A DNA stretch of 64,000 nt from Pelomyxa schiedti (GCA_020536535.1 JAHLWZ010000827.1:35810-99809), one strand, 5' to 3'; positions 38,874-53,968 are shown, counted from the stretch's first letter. Numbers and translations are program-made. Notes: generated by a model from the sequence alone, not told the origin.

Positions 38874-41800
38874 ATGCGCACTCTCGTGCTGGTTTATTTA
38901 CCTACAGTTCACATGCAGGAGGCACAATAGATAGACTTATTCATTGGTGTTGTTTTCTTGTTTCTTGTGGCTTGTTTTAGATTCATTATTTAACAGGTAC
39001 AACCAAGCAAATGCAGTGACTTTGACTGAAGTGAGTACTACAGCAGAGTTGTCTATTGGTACTGGCTGTGTCCAAGTTACAGTTCCATCTGATGACATCC
39101 TTCCTCCATCTTCGGGAGTCACTATGAGTGTTGAGTACCTTAATGGCCTTCCTCAGCTATCACTTTATATTTCGACATCAACACACCTATTTCGAACTGT
39201 CTTTGGCTTTTCCCAGGATGAAGACAATGTATTCTGTCTTCCAACATAGTTGTTCTAAATACAATTAACAGGCATCTCTCTTTGGACTTGCAGAAACAGG
39301 TCACACACTTTTTTGTTGTGCTCATCCTATGCCACCCCATGTTGGTGTTTCTTGCTGGACTGTTGTTGATTGTCATTTTGTTGTTTATGGGACAAATTCT
39401 GGGAAGCTGCACATTGTGAATTTCCCTGATAGATTGGATGAAAGTCTGCACTCTTTTTCTCAACACCAACTAAATTAATAAGGAATATCTGAACTTGAGA
39501 TTAGTGAAAGTGGAGTGATGTCAAGACTATTTCGCACCAAGTTTGTTAAATTTGTAAGAAGCTGATTGTTTACCACTTATACTTTCATTAGAGTGCCAAC
39601 CTCATACAGAATTATTTCCTTAAGCCCCCATCCCATCATTCCTGCAGTTCTTGTTTCCCTTTGCAGTGATGGGATGTTGAGACTGTGGTCCATTCCAAAG
39701 CAAACTTGTATTCTTTCTGTGCCTCTTTCTCCAAGTTTCTCTGCTGCCCAAGGTGATACAACCTCTCCAAAAGAACAAAAAGCCTCATTCTGCAACAGTA
39801 AGTCAGTGGCTGCTGACCTTGATACCCCACCCAGAGACAGATTGCAAAGAATGCATTTATGTTGCTGTACTTACTTTACAAAGTCAATATATGGTATTCT
39901 TCCAAATCTTTTTTTTCTCATCTCATCACTCTTAGGTCCATGTTCTTAAACTTGAGTACACAACTGGAAACTTTATCATTAGAACCGCCACTAAGGAATT
40001 TCTATTACCCCAAGTAAAATACCCGAATAAACTCACCTTGATCTCCAAAAAAATCCCACTTCTTAAAACCAAAAGAGTGAGCTTGAAAGTGGTGCAACTA
40101 TTTCTTCGATTTGTGTCGACAGTGACGGACATATACTACTCTTACAAACAGCTGAACGATATTGCTCCTTACTTTCTTCTTCCACCACAATGTATCCTTC
40201 ATCTTTGGTTGTTAGATTTTTTTAATCTCGAAAGTTATTCAAACACAACACACATGAGGCAATGGGAGATTATTTCTATTCCAACACCTTCCTCGAATTG
40301 TGTTGTGCCTGAGTCCTCCTTTGACATGCAGGTTGGCCTTAAATAGCCAATAAAATTTTTAAACAATGTTTCCAGGATGTCATGATGGACGCTATTTTTA
40401 CTGATGAATCTGTGTTTAGTAAAGATGCCCTCCAGTGCACTCTTCAGCACATAGGAGCTACTCTTGAGCCTAATTTAACTGTATGACACAAAGGCTGGTA
40501 TCCTTTACTTTTTCTTAGTTTCTTTAGGATAAAGTTTCCTTGCAACAAACCTGTATATCCGCTGTGCAGAAATCTGTACTCATCTTTCTTGTTTTCCCCA
40601 AGTTGATTAAATATAGGTGGCCTGCAAACCTTGCCTTTCAACAGAAAGTGGTGGCAATCTTATTTCCACTTGGGTGTCATTTTACAAGGACTACATAACT
40701 TACTGGTGGAAGTTGAATACACCTTCCACTATTTTCAATACTCCAATTGGAACCGTTTTGTCTAGTACAGTATGAGTAGTAATTCCCTGCAGGATGCCTT
40801 GTCAACACAAATTGTAGGAACTTTCATCCCTCCTTTGGGTTGGCACACAATTGGGAAGTGTGTATCAGCGATGTGCAAATTTCTCCTTGTCATCTGCGAG
40901 AATTGTTGAAGCTCTGCCATCAGATGCTAGTAAACTTATCTGTTGTGGTTTACTTCTAGAGCAAGAGGTGAGATAGGTTTCACCACATTTCTCATCTCTT
41001 CTCACTCTTCCAGCTTGGGGTAGAGAATATTTCTGGAATAGATTATGAAATACAGCATGGCCACCAATTAGAGCACCTGTCCTCCTCATTTATTAGGAAA
41101 CTTTTTATTGAATCTCCGTATATTTTCCCTTTTTGTTTTCGCAAAATAACTTGTAAAGAGGAAATGATGGTGAAGTTCCAGCTCTTTCTAAACTCCCCCT
41201 TATCGTCCAGAGCATTGCTGATCTCAAATCCGCTATTGATGCTGTTATAGGCTCAATTAAACAACTATTTGGTAATTGAAAATGTTATTTATTTTTTTTT
41301 TATTTCTTACCAAGAAAACAGAGTCGTGGGAACTGTCTCCTGTTGGGAAACCACCTACTGACATTCCTCATTTTTCCACTGCATTCAGGCGTAATGTTTG
41401 GGCACAACTGCAACAACAATGCATTGACCATTACTTTGTGGCAAGAAACTTGATGCTATTTTGTGCCTATACGTCGATACACAAGATGTCAATGGTATGT
41501 ACTAGACATAGACAGTAGTGTGCTTAGTGGGAGAAAAAAATAGCCATCCTTGACAAGTCACATTATGGAAGAGATTAGAATGCGAGTACCCCTTGTACAC
41601 TCCACAGTAATCTCTCTGGCCTTGGTGTTATGGATAATATCCTCCCCAGCTACCCCTCTGTCCGTTAAGAAGTAAAGAAACAAATCCAACTACCTTGAAA
41701 AAAAAAAAATTAAGATTATATTCAGATTGCCAGCATTACCAATGAAAAGATTACTTTACGTGTACAGTGAGCAGCTTCCCTTATTCTTAGCATACAATCC

Positions 41801-44059
41801 TCAGGCAGACTTCACTGAAAATGTCTCCAACTGCCTGAAGGCATTAGCCTCCAAACTGTGCGAAATTATTTGTACTTCTTCGTCTAAAATTGAACACAGA
41901 TGGCCCACTCCTGAAAACTGCATCAACTTTTGTAACTTTCTAGGAACCAATCAACTTCATTTAGAGAGGCAACACTTTACCTCAATGGCACTGAATCACA
42001 CCAGAGTTGAGAGCAGCTTTGGGGCATGCATTAATTTCTTGAAGATTTGTCTTGCAGAGTCTCTGTTGTTTCTGGGTCAATTTGAAAAGGCATTCACAAT
42101 TTTCTGTGAAGTACCTCGCAATCCTGCAGGTTAACTCATTGGACCCTGTTTTATCTTAATTTCTTCACAGTGCTGGAAACCAGTGTGATTCAGTGGATTG
42201 GTGGCATGACAGACCCTAATTCACTTGTAAGCTCTTTTTTTGTCAAGTGTCTGGAGCTCTTCAGAGGCTGCAGGTAATCATTCCACTGCATATTATTCAT
42301 CTTATATATCTCATTGTTGAAACAGACAATATGACTTAGCAATTCGCTGTGCTAGAGAAGGACTCCGCTTACTGAAGGGAATGCCTGGAACTGGGGTAAA
42401 TTATATGATAATATTTTTTGAATCTAAATTTCCTGCAGGTTGCACAACAAACTTTATCCATGGAGATTTATGCCGATTCTTTTCAAATACAAGATTACAA
42501 GAGTGCTTATGACGCACTAATGTTTTGCCCATTCCAGTCCTATGAAGATAAAGCGTATCTATTTTTACAATCCTTTTTCTTCTCTTAAAAATCTTTAGGA
42601 GTGCATATCGTGATTATACACACCGTTGCTGTATTGCAGGGCAAATAAATTTTGTTGTGGATGTTCCTTTCACACCGAAAGCATTGATAATTGTGAGAGG
42701 CTTTCTTAAGAAATCGGCACGAGAACAAAAAATAATACTGCCACTCCTTTCTACCCCAAAGCAAACTCAGCCTGTTGATTTCTACCTTGTCCTCTACGCT
42801 TTCTTGGTGTTCAATAATCAAGGGAGACGTGGTATCTTTTCCAAAATGAAAAAGGAACTCTCACCCCTTCCCCAGCTGCATACTTCATGATTGAATATAC
42901 TTGGAGAATTATGAAGGAGTTACCTCTTACCCTGGGCTCTGCATCTGCACGAGTATGGAACACTCTGTGTAGCAGTACTTTACAATATTGTTTCAGGATG
43001 CCGCTCTACAAAAAGCTCTCATTCTTCTACGGCAAATACACCCTTCATATCAATGGGTTAAAGAACCTTTTTCGGTAAGGCAGTTTCCTCCCTTTCTCAG
43101 TTTGACACACTTAAAGCCAAATATGCTTCGGCTATCTGACATTGAGCGACAGTGGGTTCTGGCTCACGCACAAGTTGTTGCTCTCAGCAATTCTTCTGGT
43201 TTCAAACTTCATAACATTTATCTTCCTCACAAAGTATAGTCTGTATAGTAGACACACCAGAGGCCGTGATAGAAAGCCTGTCAACCCTTGGATTTTTCAA
43301 TACAGCACTCAGCGTTTCTAAACACTACAACTGGATAGGTATAAATTCAGTTTTCAAATACTGGGGAGACCTCTATGTTGCTTGTCTTAGAGTCAAAGAG
43401 GATGACCCAGAGACCTTGTCTAAATTGTATCTGCCCTCCTATACCCTCCTCTTATATCTGGCCCAGGGCCGCATTCAAAAAAGATTTTCGTATCAGTGCT
43501 ACACTATCAAGCACACACAAGGCTGACATTGGTTGTGTGGGGAAAAGCTTCAGCGGTTCCGATTCTAACTCAGTGTGGCAATATCTCAGTCACAATTTGG
43601 ACCTCTGCGATACCCAGTTAAACAACTACGAGGCACACAGTAATATCGCAGAACTATTTATCAAAAAGAAAATCACCATACCCAGCAACCTGAAACTGTG
43701 GTTCAAGGTACCCTCATTTTACCTTCCTCAGGGATTAACAGGCCCCAACGTGCAGAGAAACAAACCAGAACGACTGGTGAGGTTATACTTGCGATATGAT
43801 AGGTTTGATGACCTTTTGTACTCGGCCCTCCATTTGATTGGCTCAATGGTGTGTAACTACACTTTGTTGTTGAGAAAGCCAACTAAAAACCTAGGAGGGT
43901 AACTTGCAGCAGGAACAAATTCCTCATATTTGGTCTGTTCTACTTCAAGTTTGCGAGAAAATACCGAACAGAGCGAGCTCCGAGTCTGAACAAATACTCA
44001 TAGAGACTTTTAACTCCCGGCTAGGAAGGTTTTGCAATACCATAGGCAACCTCAGTTAA
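38874..44059 (+). CDS. NUP160: Nuclear pore complex protein Nup160 (Nup120/160 family); 5' exons uncertain
   Basis: LCSDGMLRLWSI in a propeller-like region; DYKSAYDALM; DFYLVLYAF..AAYFMIEY; LSDIERQWVLA; PERLVRLYLRYD. Confidence 0.7.
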
Positions 44060-44104
44060 TTGAAAAAAGGGAAAACCCTTCACAATAACCTACTACAACT
44101 TGTT

Positions 44105-46270
44105 TTATTTTTCATTTTGTACCAAGTTTTCTTTTCCACCTCGCTCTATTTCTGTCATTGTGTTTAGAAGCCGTGCAAAAAAAAAAAGTAGTTGGTGGTA
44201 CCAAGCCGGCGGTAATGAGGCCTGCAAATAAGCATAAGAACTAGGGCCAGTGTTACACTGCTGGTAAGCATGCAACTCACTGTTAATGGGCCGTTTTCTG
44301 TGCCCTATTTTGGAACCCTGAGTTCGGGTGGCGTAGCTGTGAAAATTACCCCATAGAAAGTTCCTATGTAGATTATAGCAATTCCAGATATCTGAGCACT
44401 AGCTAATTGCACATTGGCAGAAATGCCTTCGGGTATTGGGTATGTGCTTTCAACGCCAAGTTCTTAACAGGTAAGAAATTACGCCCAGTAAAAATAGAAA
44501 CCTAAAAATGCCGGAATGACAGAGCTTCCAAAAAATCCAATCCAACCCCAGCAAAGGATTTGCCAGAATAAATTATCTGGAATTGCTGTAGAGGTTGGTT
44601 AAAAGGAATATATGTGCGCCACAAGGAAATTGAAACCTGCGAAATATAATGCAACATAACCCACATCGAGTCCCAGTAAGTTTATGACGGTTAAGACTTT
44701 GTACGCTCTAAGCCTGTCTACAAGAACAGCTAGCAAGGCTCCACCCAAAACACCCATGACTGTTGCCATGGAGCATAGATTTCCCATTTGGCTCTAAACG
44801 AGTTAGTCAACTTGTGACATAGCGTCCTTACATCAGTGTATCCCAGAGGAGTCAACAGAGACGAAAGGATACTCAAAGAGCCCCAAAAAGCCCCTAGGGT
44901 CAGGGTACAGCTGAGGATTGTTATATCAAACTGTGGGTCAAGGAATAGACGCTACACATGATGAGTCCAACACATTATACTTGAATGAACTACCTTTATG
45001 TTGGTCAAGTACTCTCTACCTGACATGACACTCGACTTAGTAACAGTGGGACTTGGTGGTTTAGGGGGCTTATCTCTGATCACAACGATTATAAGGACCA
45101 GTGCAACTCTACAGAAAATGTTTGACAACGAATGGCACTCAGGCGAATCAGATACATACGCCATAACGGCACTGTGTACTCCAAGAAGAGTCAAAAAATC
45201 GTCACCAGAGTTGACTATTGCAGGACTCAAGTAAGTCCCAAGTGCAATACCAAAAGGGTTTACAAGAGAAACTGTGGAGAGTGAGAAGAGAACCAAAGAG
45301 GAAGAACGCACTAATTGCAGTTGCAAGAGTTCTCTCTTGCACTTGAAACCAGTTGGCTGCAACCTTTGGAGGGGAACCCATGAAGAAAGTCTGAGAGATA
45401 CCAGAAATGGCTTGTCCAATCAAAACGAACCAAAATCGATTGCTGTGCTCGGAGGTTAGTTTGCTTCTCTGTGCCTTATTGAAATGCTGTATGCCTGCCT
45501 ATCTACGTGTTCATTGTATAATAGCTGTTTAATGTTGGGAGTTCCACCTTCCTGGAAGACTCTCGATACAGCCTGGGAGCTTTAATGTCGCCCCAACAAA
45601 ATTTAGAACTGCCGAAAGAATCAACTAAAGTAGGTCATAATTTTGAACAATCTCTCCCATCCCGCTCGATAATTGTTACAACCCCAAATCGAAGTCCTTT
45701 AATATCCAGTGCCCAAGCAGAAACAGGCCATAATGGGATGTACACAACCATGAATCTTGTGAAGAGGAAGGAAACCAGTCAGCTTTCTTTTAGTGTTCCT
45801 CCCACACAAAGCAAAAAAAAAAAAAAAAAAAAGAGTTCATGAGGGTACATTGTAGACAGAGAACTGATAGCCATGGCACTCACATCCCAGTAGTCCATAG
45901 CCAAATCCTGCACAGGGCTGAATGCAATCCACTGCATAGCGTTTGTGATGCTCAAAACGGAAACGGCAGCCACAACAGCCCAGCGATACCACCCCTTGTA
46001 GTACCCCTCCGCTCCCACAATTGCCTCTTTCTCTTCTTCCCCCGCTTTGAGGCCGTGCGCCTGGCCTCCCTCTGTGTCTCTTGTGTGGGGACTACTCGTA
46101 ATGTCGGTTCCCTCCCCAAACGGCGCCGGTTCGGGGTCCTGGCGAGGCGCTGGGACGAGGTCGTCTGTGGCGTTTATGGTGGGGTTCCCCGTAGCCGGCC
46201 GATTATGGGACGACCCAAACGTGGCGTAGTGGGTGAGTGTCTTGTTGTGCAGCAGTTCCGAGCTCGTCAT
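44105..46270 (-). CDS. MFS transporter, FLVCR/SLC49 family
   Basis: YRWAVV..NAMQWIAFSPV, GQAISGISQTFFMGSPPKVAANWF..ERTLATAI, DKPPKPPS, ELGVESTYPIPEG, YRRL. Confidence 0.88.
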
Positions 46271-46515
46271 TGTTTACTTGAAGAAGTTGTTTGATGGTTT
46301 TTCCGTTCATTTGTGTCATGTGCACTTAAGCCGAATCTCTTGTGGAAGTATCATTCCCCATGGCGGTTGTTGTGTTGTTTTCAAGCTGAAAATACGTTGG
46401 CAGGTTGTGGGAAGTGTTTTGAAAGGAGTCTGTGCTTTTTTTTACTCAGGGACTTTTCTTATTTGTTTCCGTGTTCTACTGCATACAATCAACATGATAG
46501 TGTGGTGGTGTGAGG

Positions 46516-49500
46516 CTATAGTTTGGTTGTGCTGCTGGAATCAGGGGCTACCAATGAATCAGACTGCTTTGATGCAGGAGGTAGTGTTGGTGCTGGTGTT
46601 GATGGAGGTGGTGGTAGTTCCTGCAATACAGACACTGTGATTGGTGCCCCCTGTGACAGTGAGGGGTTTGAGGGAACGGAAATCAAAACTGAGGTAGCGG
46701 TGGTTGTTGTGGTTGTTGTTGTGGTGGTGGAAGTTGGTGGTAAAGGAGCCTGTGTTGATGGGGCATGGCGAATAGTGGCCGGCGAAGCGAGGGCACTGTG
46801 GACAAGTGCCGGCGTTTGGGTTTGTGTTTGCTTTTGGGGTGATGGAGCCGGGGTGGATGGTGGTGAATGGATAATGACCGGTGGTGATGGAGATGAACAG
46901 ATAACTGTGACATACAGCGAAGTTTGTTGTGGTTGTGGTGGTGGTGGTTGTGGTGGTGGTGGGGTTCTGGAAGGTTGTGTGTCAATGGGACGTTCTTTGG
47001 TGCTGGGTGTTGACTGGGGAGGTAGTTGGGTGTGAATGACAGAAGACAATATGATTGTTTGCGGTGGTGGTGTAGACTCGATAGGAGGGGTTGCCGAAGA
47101 TGATGGAATTGCATTTGGTAGAGGGGCAGGTGAAGGCGGATATGGGGGATATGAGGGTGCAAGAACGGGGGAAATGGGGGTAAGTGACCCAACGGTGGGC
47201 CTGCGATTAGCGCCATATGGGTTTGCATGTATTGCAGACTTCAGCTGAGGAGGGAGTGCTGGAGGTTTTACACTGGGCATTAAAGGAGCACATGTGCGTG
47301 ATCCCTTGGCCATGGTTGCAGTGGAAAGTGGAGGAGAATCTGAAATTGCACACTTTCGACCAGGAACTGTAATTTCAGGTGAAGGTTTCGAATTGCTATT
47401 AGGGGGATTTGAAAGTGTTGAAGGCAGCGGGGCTCCTAAAGGTTGTGCAGGAGAAAGGGTGACAGGGGGAGCACGTGAAGGGGCAATTGGGTGTGCTGTT
47501 GCGTGCACAGGTGCCTCAGAAAATGCGAGCTTTGCTGCCAATAGCAATGAGGCCTGTTGAATTGACGGTGGGGTTGACGGGACTTCTGAAGGAGCAATTC
47601 TATCCAGAAGTGGGGCAGAAGATGCTCCGGGTGGCACTACTGTAGGTGGAGGCTCGAGTGGTACATTAGATGGTGACTTGGGAGGAGTGGAAGGCTTATC
47701 TGGAAGGGAAAGGGAGTTCAAGAGAAGTCGTTCTGGTGGAGGGCGGGATGGTGCAAGAGGAGGTTTATTTGTGAAATAAGCTAGGTTACTAACAGAACAC
47801 CTTGAGGTGATTATCTGTGACATTTGTGCACTCATTGGCTGGGACATGCGAGACCCCCTCAAGGTGGGAGGGAGAATTAAATGAGCACGCCCAGGAGTAG
47901 GTGTGCGAGGTAAAGGTGGTGGTCTAGATCCTCTGATATATGTAGAGGCCGAGGATTTGCTGGAATCTATTAGCGGTGGAGGAGATTTTGGGGGTGGAAT
48001 GTCATTAACTGCTGAATCTTTTGAAGCTGAAATGCGATCAACTTGTGGGGGGGGAATGTCATCAGCATTTGAGTCCTTTGGGGGTGGGATATAATCAATT
48101 TGTGGTTCCTTTGGTGGCGGGATGAATTCTATGGGTTCCTTGGGGGGTGGGATGTAGTCAAGATCTCTGGGGGGTGGAATTTCCTCATTAGTTGATAGGA
48201 CAGGAACTATTTCTGAATTGGTGCACTTTGGGACTGCTTGATCATGGTCTGACTTTTCCGGGGAGAGCTCTGAGGGTGTAATTTCGTTTTCTGGTGTGTC
48301 CTTTGCTGAAGTAGTAGGTTCCTCTGGAAAGGGAGTATAACACTGTTCCGGGATTGACGTCAGTGGTTCGCCTGAAGATGATGAGGAAAATGAAATTTCA
48401 AAAAAAAGGGTACCAATGGGTCCTTCTTTTGTAGTGAGAAGGGCACTCACGAGACACAGTGAAGTTTGAAATGTGGTTAAGATGTAGGCAGCTTCACCAG
48501 CAAGATCTTCTTCCCTGATAAAGTGCTCGATGTATTTGAATGCTGAACTATGTTTAGAAACGAGAAAGCTACTGAATACCCACTTGTAAAAGCGTGTTCC
48601 AAATTGCCTTTGATTAAAACAAATGAAACAAGTGGTAAAAAATCATCTGCACCTCTAATCAAATTTTAGGCAGGCTATAGTGAACAATTCGAGGACAGTA
48701 CATATTTAACTGATCTGGAGGTAACTGGTCACCCCAATGCTGCTCTACCGTTGCAACTATAAGTGCACCGACTTTGACGATGCAGCTCAATTTTAACCAA
48801 GGGGTTTCCATTGTATCTAGCAATTTGATTTCTACAAAAATTTAGTTGAAACATTTTGTTGTGGTACTACCATTAATGGGGTCTTGGTACGGCGTATAGT
48901 TTCCTGGTCCGTCTTGTGCCTGGTCAACGTAAGTCAGTTATCAAGAGAAGAGGAAAAACCAGAAGAAAAGGTGAAGGAACAGCAAGGCAAAATCGCCGTG
49001 AAATACCAAGAGATTTTGTAGTAATGTCATGAAGCTTAGAACAAGAAACCTTGAACTCTTCATCCTCTACGGAAAACTTTTTTTATTGAGTAATTTACGT
49101 GGTTTATGTAGCTGTAGTTTGCTCTCACACCTTTTTACAGTACCTGTTCCACAGGCTCTTATAATTCAGTTCAAACAGAACTTCCCACAGAGCTCTTTCT
49201 ATCCACACATCCAAATCAAAAAGGTCAGAATACCACTTGTCAAGTGCAACATCAATGATATGATCTGCTTGTGTGTTACAAGATATTTTATCGTAGAAGA
49301 CTAACTGACCACATAATGCAGTTGCATTCTGCCTAATGAGTGTTGCTGTTTTATCACTGCCCAACTCTGGGGACTGATAAAGAGACTTGGTAAAGGCCAG
49401 AACAGCTGGAGAAAAAAAAGGAAAAAGAGGGTGGTTCTCTGAGCTATTGTATATTAGAAATCCCCTGGCTTTTTGTAATTGGCGCACCCAAGAATTTTTT

Positions 49501-51724
49501 CAAAATGAGAAACAAATATATCAAGGGTAAGACCATCAGCTGGAATTGCCTTCAAGCTTTGCACCCAGGTCTTGACTAATTCAATTTCATGAAGTTTGGT
49601 CTGGTTGGGCTGAAATAGGGTAAGGGCAATAAATGGCATGGGACAACAAACTTTTGGATTTCGAACCAGAGCATTCAGTAAGGATCCACTTTTTCTTCGA
49701 GGCAAAGTGGCAGGCTTTTTTTGTTGCATCGTTTTTACTGTGAGTTGACTGGGCAACGGGGAGACAGATCTGACTATCTGTGGACCGTTTTGAGATGTGA
49801 TTGGTGTGGAGTCAAGATCGTGGGCAACTTCAGTGCAGCTGTTCAAAACCTTAGAAGGTGTTTCGGAGCAGGTAGCGGTGTGTAGAGGTGGAAGGAGTTG
49901 TGTGAGATCATCTGCAGATTCGTGAAAGCTGTGGGATAAAATCCGAGGAGGTGGTGATAACGGCGCTTGAGAATCATATCTCACCAAATCACTTGCACTC
50001 CAACTACGGGTAATGGGTCCTCCAGAAAGCTTCGGCGACACTCCATGCTTCCACACCCCTGAACGTGAGGTAGCACCTAACGCAGAGTCATCAAAAGCGC
50101 TCCCGTCGCTTCCACTGTTATTTACTTGATCGCAAATGCTAGGGCTGTTGGAAATCGAAGGAATCTCAGATAAATCATTTTCAGAACTTGTTGATGACGT
50201 AGACAAAGTATCTAAACTAAACGTTGTGGAAACAGTACTCTCCATGCTAGCACTGCTCAGAGTGGGCGATTCAACATTGGTCGCCTTGGCATGGGGCGCT
50301 TCAGTAAGTGTTGTGGGTTGAGGTTTTGCACGAAGATCCGGAGAAACTACTGCAGTTTGCGAGTCAGAGTCAACTGGTGAACCAGGTGGGGCCAGAAGTA
50401 ACTGCATAAGTGCTTTCCTCTTGGATTCAGAACCTGCAACATTCCCAGATACGGCTTGAAGACTAGGTGAGAGGGGTGGAGAACCCTCTGGAAGGAACAA
50501 TGGTTGTGATTCCTCAATCTCTGGTCGCAGTTTGTCAACTTGGATGTGTCTGTGCATCTCTTGACTTACTTGATGTTGATCTTGTCCCTGTGGAGTTTTT
50601 GTGCATATATCTGGTTCTGTGTTATTAAAGAGCCCATCATTTTCTGGGAGAGAAGATGCCTCCACAGGCTGGAGAACAGTATTGTGCTGGAGTTGTGATG
50701 GTGGTAACAGGTGATTTGTTGTATGGGATGGAATGGCCTCGTGATTTTGATCTCCTGGTTGATTCTGTAACTGCAGTAGTTTCATCAATTGCTCCTCAAG
50801 GAAATAAACAGTAGCCGTTCTCTCTTGACTTGTCATGGTGGCCCGTTGTCGGCGGTGTGTCCGCCTCTGCTCTAATTGTTTGTTATTGTGGTGGTGGGGG
50901 CGGGGGCGGGGGCGATTATGATTATGTGCGCTATTGTCTTCACTCTTGTCCAATGGGGGTGACTTGGGGTTAGCTTCTGCAGATTCGAGAGGAGGTGGTG
51001 GTGTGCTCTCGCGCTCTGATTTGTCGTGAGAATGACCCCTATTGTGGTGGTGACGATGATGGTGTCTATGTTTTTCCACGACTTCTTCTAAGCGCTTACT
51101 AGCTTGTCCAGAAATTGCATCCGCAAACAAGGCATCATGGTCACTTTTGGAAATCTGTTTGCCCTCTAAACCTTCGTCGTTCGAGGAATCGTCCTCCCGT
51201 AAGCCAGTGTTTGGGGGGCAAAGCAATCTCGCCTCCCGAGTACGCGATGATGTAGGCATCCGGGGTGCAAGTGGGGGTGAAGGGAAAGACTGGGCGCTGT
51301 GGGACCTTGGTGGAAGAGCACAGGGCCGAGGCTCTTCAGTACTTGGTTTGGTCTTACTTTTCGAGGAAGGTGATGTGTGGTTACCCGATTTTGAACCGTC
51401 GTGTTGCCTAGAAGAGGAGGTGTGCGTTCTGCTACTTGATTTATGCCCCGATGAGGAGTGATCGCTGTGCGATTTGTTGATGGTAGACGCTGAAGATAAC
51501 GGAGAAGAAGGCGGCGAAGGAAGAGGTGGTGGAGGTGGAGAAGGGGACCGGTCCCTTCCCTTTGGTGCAAGAGGAGGTGATGTCTGCGCGACTTCGGAAT
51601 TCGAAGGCGGGGGAGCATCGGGGCCACAGGGCGACGTAATTGCGCCACCGTCTTTGTCTGTCTGTCGCGTAGATCCGCCCATTGCGCTGGTGTCACTCAC
51701 CGCCGGCGGCGCCTCCACGTCCAT
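46516..51724 (-). CDS. VPS9-domain Rab5-family GEF with long disordered N-terminus and Pro-rich C-terminus
   Basis: TPWLKLSCI, GADDFLPLVSFVLIK, IQYIEHF..GEAAYILTTFQTSL (VPS9 core at about 48450-48900). Confidence 0.85.
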
Positions 51725-51961
51725 CCGTTCCGCTTTTTTATTGTGTTTTTAATTTGGCTGTTCTATTAATCTGTCCAGTCGAATGTCCGGGTTTCCACTT
51801 TTTCGGAAGGCGTTTTCTCGTTCTGATGAAATTGACATCTCAGCTCAAAAAAAGGATTGAAGAAAATGATGAATGATGAAAAAAAATCCGCTTCGAAGAC
51901 AAAACGTTCGTTGGGCTGTACAAGTGCCAGGCAGGGAGAAGCCTCTTTATTTGACAAAAAC

Positions 51962-53794
51962 CTATACATCCTCTTGGTTGTTGTTGGTGGTTGTAATTGT
52001 TATGGTGTTGGTATTGGCAGTTAAAACCACCATAGGAACTTCGTTTGCCGGTTGTTGTGTTTCTGTGGAGGTGGAGGGTGCAGTGTCTTCTTCCTTGAGA
52101 GGAACGTGGGTGGTTGGGGCTCTTCTTTTTCGCAATTCCAGTATGAAGAAGCATACGCAGGCCAGTGTGCCTAAGCTCCAGAAGCATGCACCAAGGACTC
52201 TGTAGTCAATGTAGGGAGCTATGAAGAAGGCAACGGCAGCACCGAGGGGCCATAGAACTCTGTAGGCGCCAAAGGCAGAGTCAGAATCAGCACAACAGCC
52301 CAGGCAAGGTGCAAGACAGCCATTCCAGAGTCCGGTTTCTGCAAAAGCGAGGGAGACTATGCACACAAAGAAGATTCCTGGAGTTGTTCCCGGAATTTGG
52401 AAAGTCATGACAGTTCCGTACGCAATTGTAATCAATATCCAAGTGGCAATAACCAGGGGTATCCTTCCATATTTGTCAGCAAGCAGACCAGCAGGGAACG
52501 AAGCTAGTGTGCGAATCACATTGTACGTTGTCCAGACCTATTTCTTAAGTAAATCCACCACTGAAGTATTTAATTACTGTTTCTAGATACATACATAACC
52601 ACCCCATTTGGCACCCATAATTGGTGTAATTTTGCCTCCAAAGTAAGAACTGTTTACTCCAATATAAACCATGGATGGGCATAGCAACAGCATCTCAAAG
52701 CTTAGTATTTGTTTAATAATTGCCTTAAGGCGATCCTGTACAGCAGAAAAACTGCATTTTCTATTGTTGTAAGGCAAGCTACTGTGCTCTTGTTCGACAG
52801 GGAGACCTAACCAGGATCTTGCAGTGCTATTGCACTGTGATTTTGCCTGAGTGCAAGATGCGCAACTCAGGTTTGTTTTAAAAAAACCAGTAAAAGGCAT
52901 CTCATCATGTGTCGGTAAGAATATGATAAGCACCAATGGAGTAATCAATAAAAACAAGGCAATAGTGAACGTTGTGCTAAGTGAATGTCCTGCGCGATCG
53001 ATTTCTGCTGTCATGAGACCAGCCAAAACAGCTCCAAGTGTCGCGACAGACCAAAAGATGCCTGTGAAACTTTCAGTAAACAAGTGGCTTCTGTCATCAA
53101 CGTTTTAACTTGCCTTGTACTCTCCCAGTAGTTTCTCGGGTCGCACAACGAACAACGAATGTAGACTAATAACGGTGTTAAATTCAACGTCAATGGAAGA
53201 TACAAACTTGTGTATTATACAACAGTGCCAAAGCAAATCCCAACGGTACAGCCATTGGGATGACAATCTCAGGTTTTTTGGTAAGGAGTGACCCAATGAA
53301 TGATGCCATACACACAACACCGCATAGCCAAGACAATCTTTCACCCAAAAATGAAATCGTAAAAACCTACAAACATGAGAACACAGGTCTAGCTAGGGTA
53401 TTCTTACTGTGAAAAGTGAAAGTATAGAAAGGGATGACAAAGTCAGAGCGAAGGCAATAAACCCTGCAAGGTATCAGGACAAAAAAAAGTAGTAAGGAAG
53501 GTAACCCACCAGTTGACCCTGGTAGAAATGTAGTCATAAAATTCCTACTCACATAAATTCCAAAAAAAAACCCTCGGGAAAGCGGGGAAAAAAAATAGTC
53601 AAGGCTAACCATACAACGTTAAAAGACAAAAACGTTGATGCAAAAACCACAGCGAAGTAGCAAACAAGAAAATATGCCGGTCGACCAGGCTGCCCGACAC
53701 CCCACGCAATAAACCGGGCACAGCAAGATCTCCTCTCTGCCCTGTCACCACTCATAGTTGTTTCTTCCTTCTCCACTACGGGCACCGGGTCCAT
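51962..53794 (-). CDS. UNC-93-like/MFSD11-like MFS membrane protein
   Basis: About 12 hydrophobic segments, FTGIFWSV...GAVLAG, EMLLLCPSMVYIGV..SYF.G, GLLADKYGR, AFGAYR; start could be 53857. Confidence 0.65.
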
Positions 53795-53968
53795 CTCGCC
53801 CGGTTTTTTTAAATAACGGTGTAATTCGCCAAGCCGTAAGATCCTGGATGTTTCCAAGGAAAGATGCAGGAACAGGGAAAAAAATCAAAAATTACTTAAA
53901 TTGTCAACTTCCAACAATAAATACGGCGAGCAAGAGCAAGTGCCAAAATCGCTCAAATGGGTGCTGGG

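Noticed and set aside
40498-40506. GTATCCTTT resembling a U12-type 5' splice site
   Set aside because: It lies inside an intron whose donor must be the upstream GTATGA at 40481, because an in-frame stop precedes the motif
44861-44873. Minus-strand GTATCCTTT, possible U12 donor
   Set aside because: It is in-frame coding sequence (SILSSLLTP) of the FLVCR-like gene
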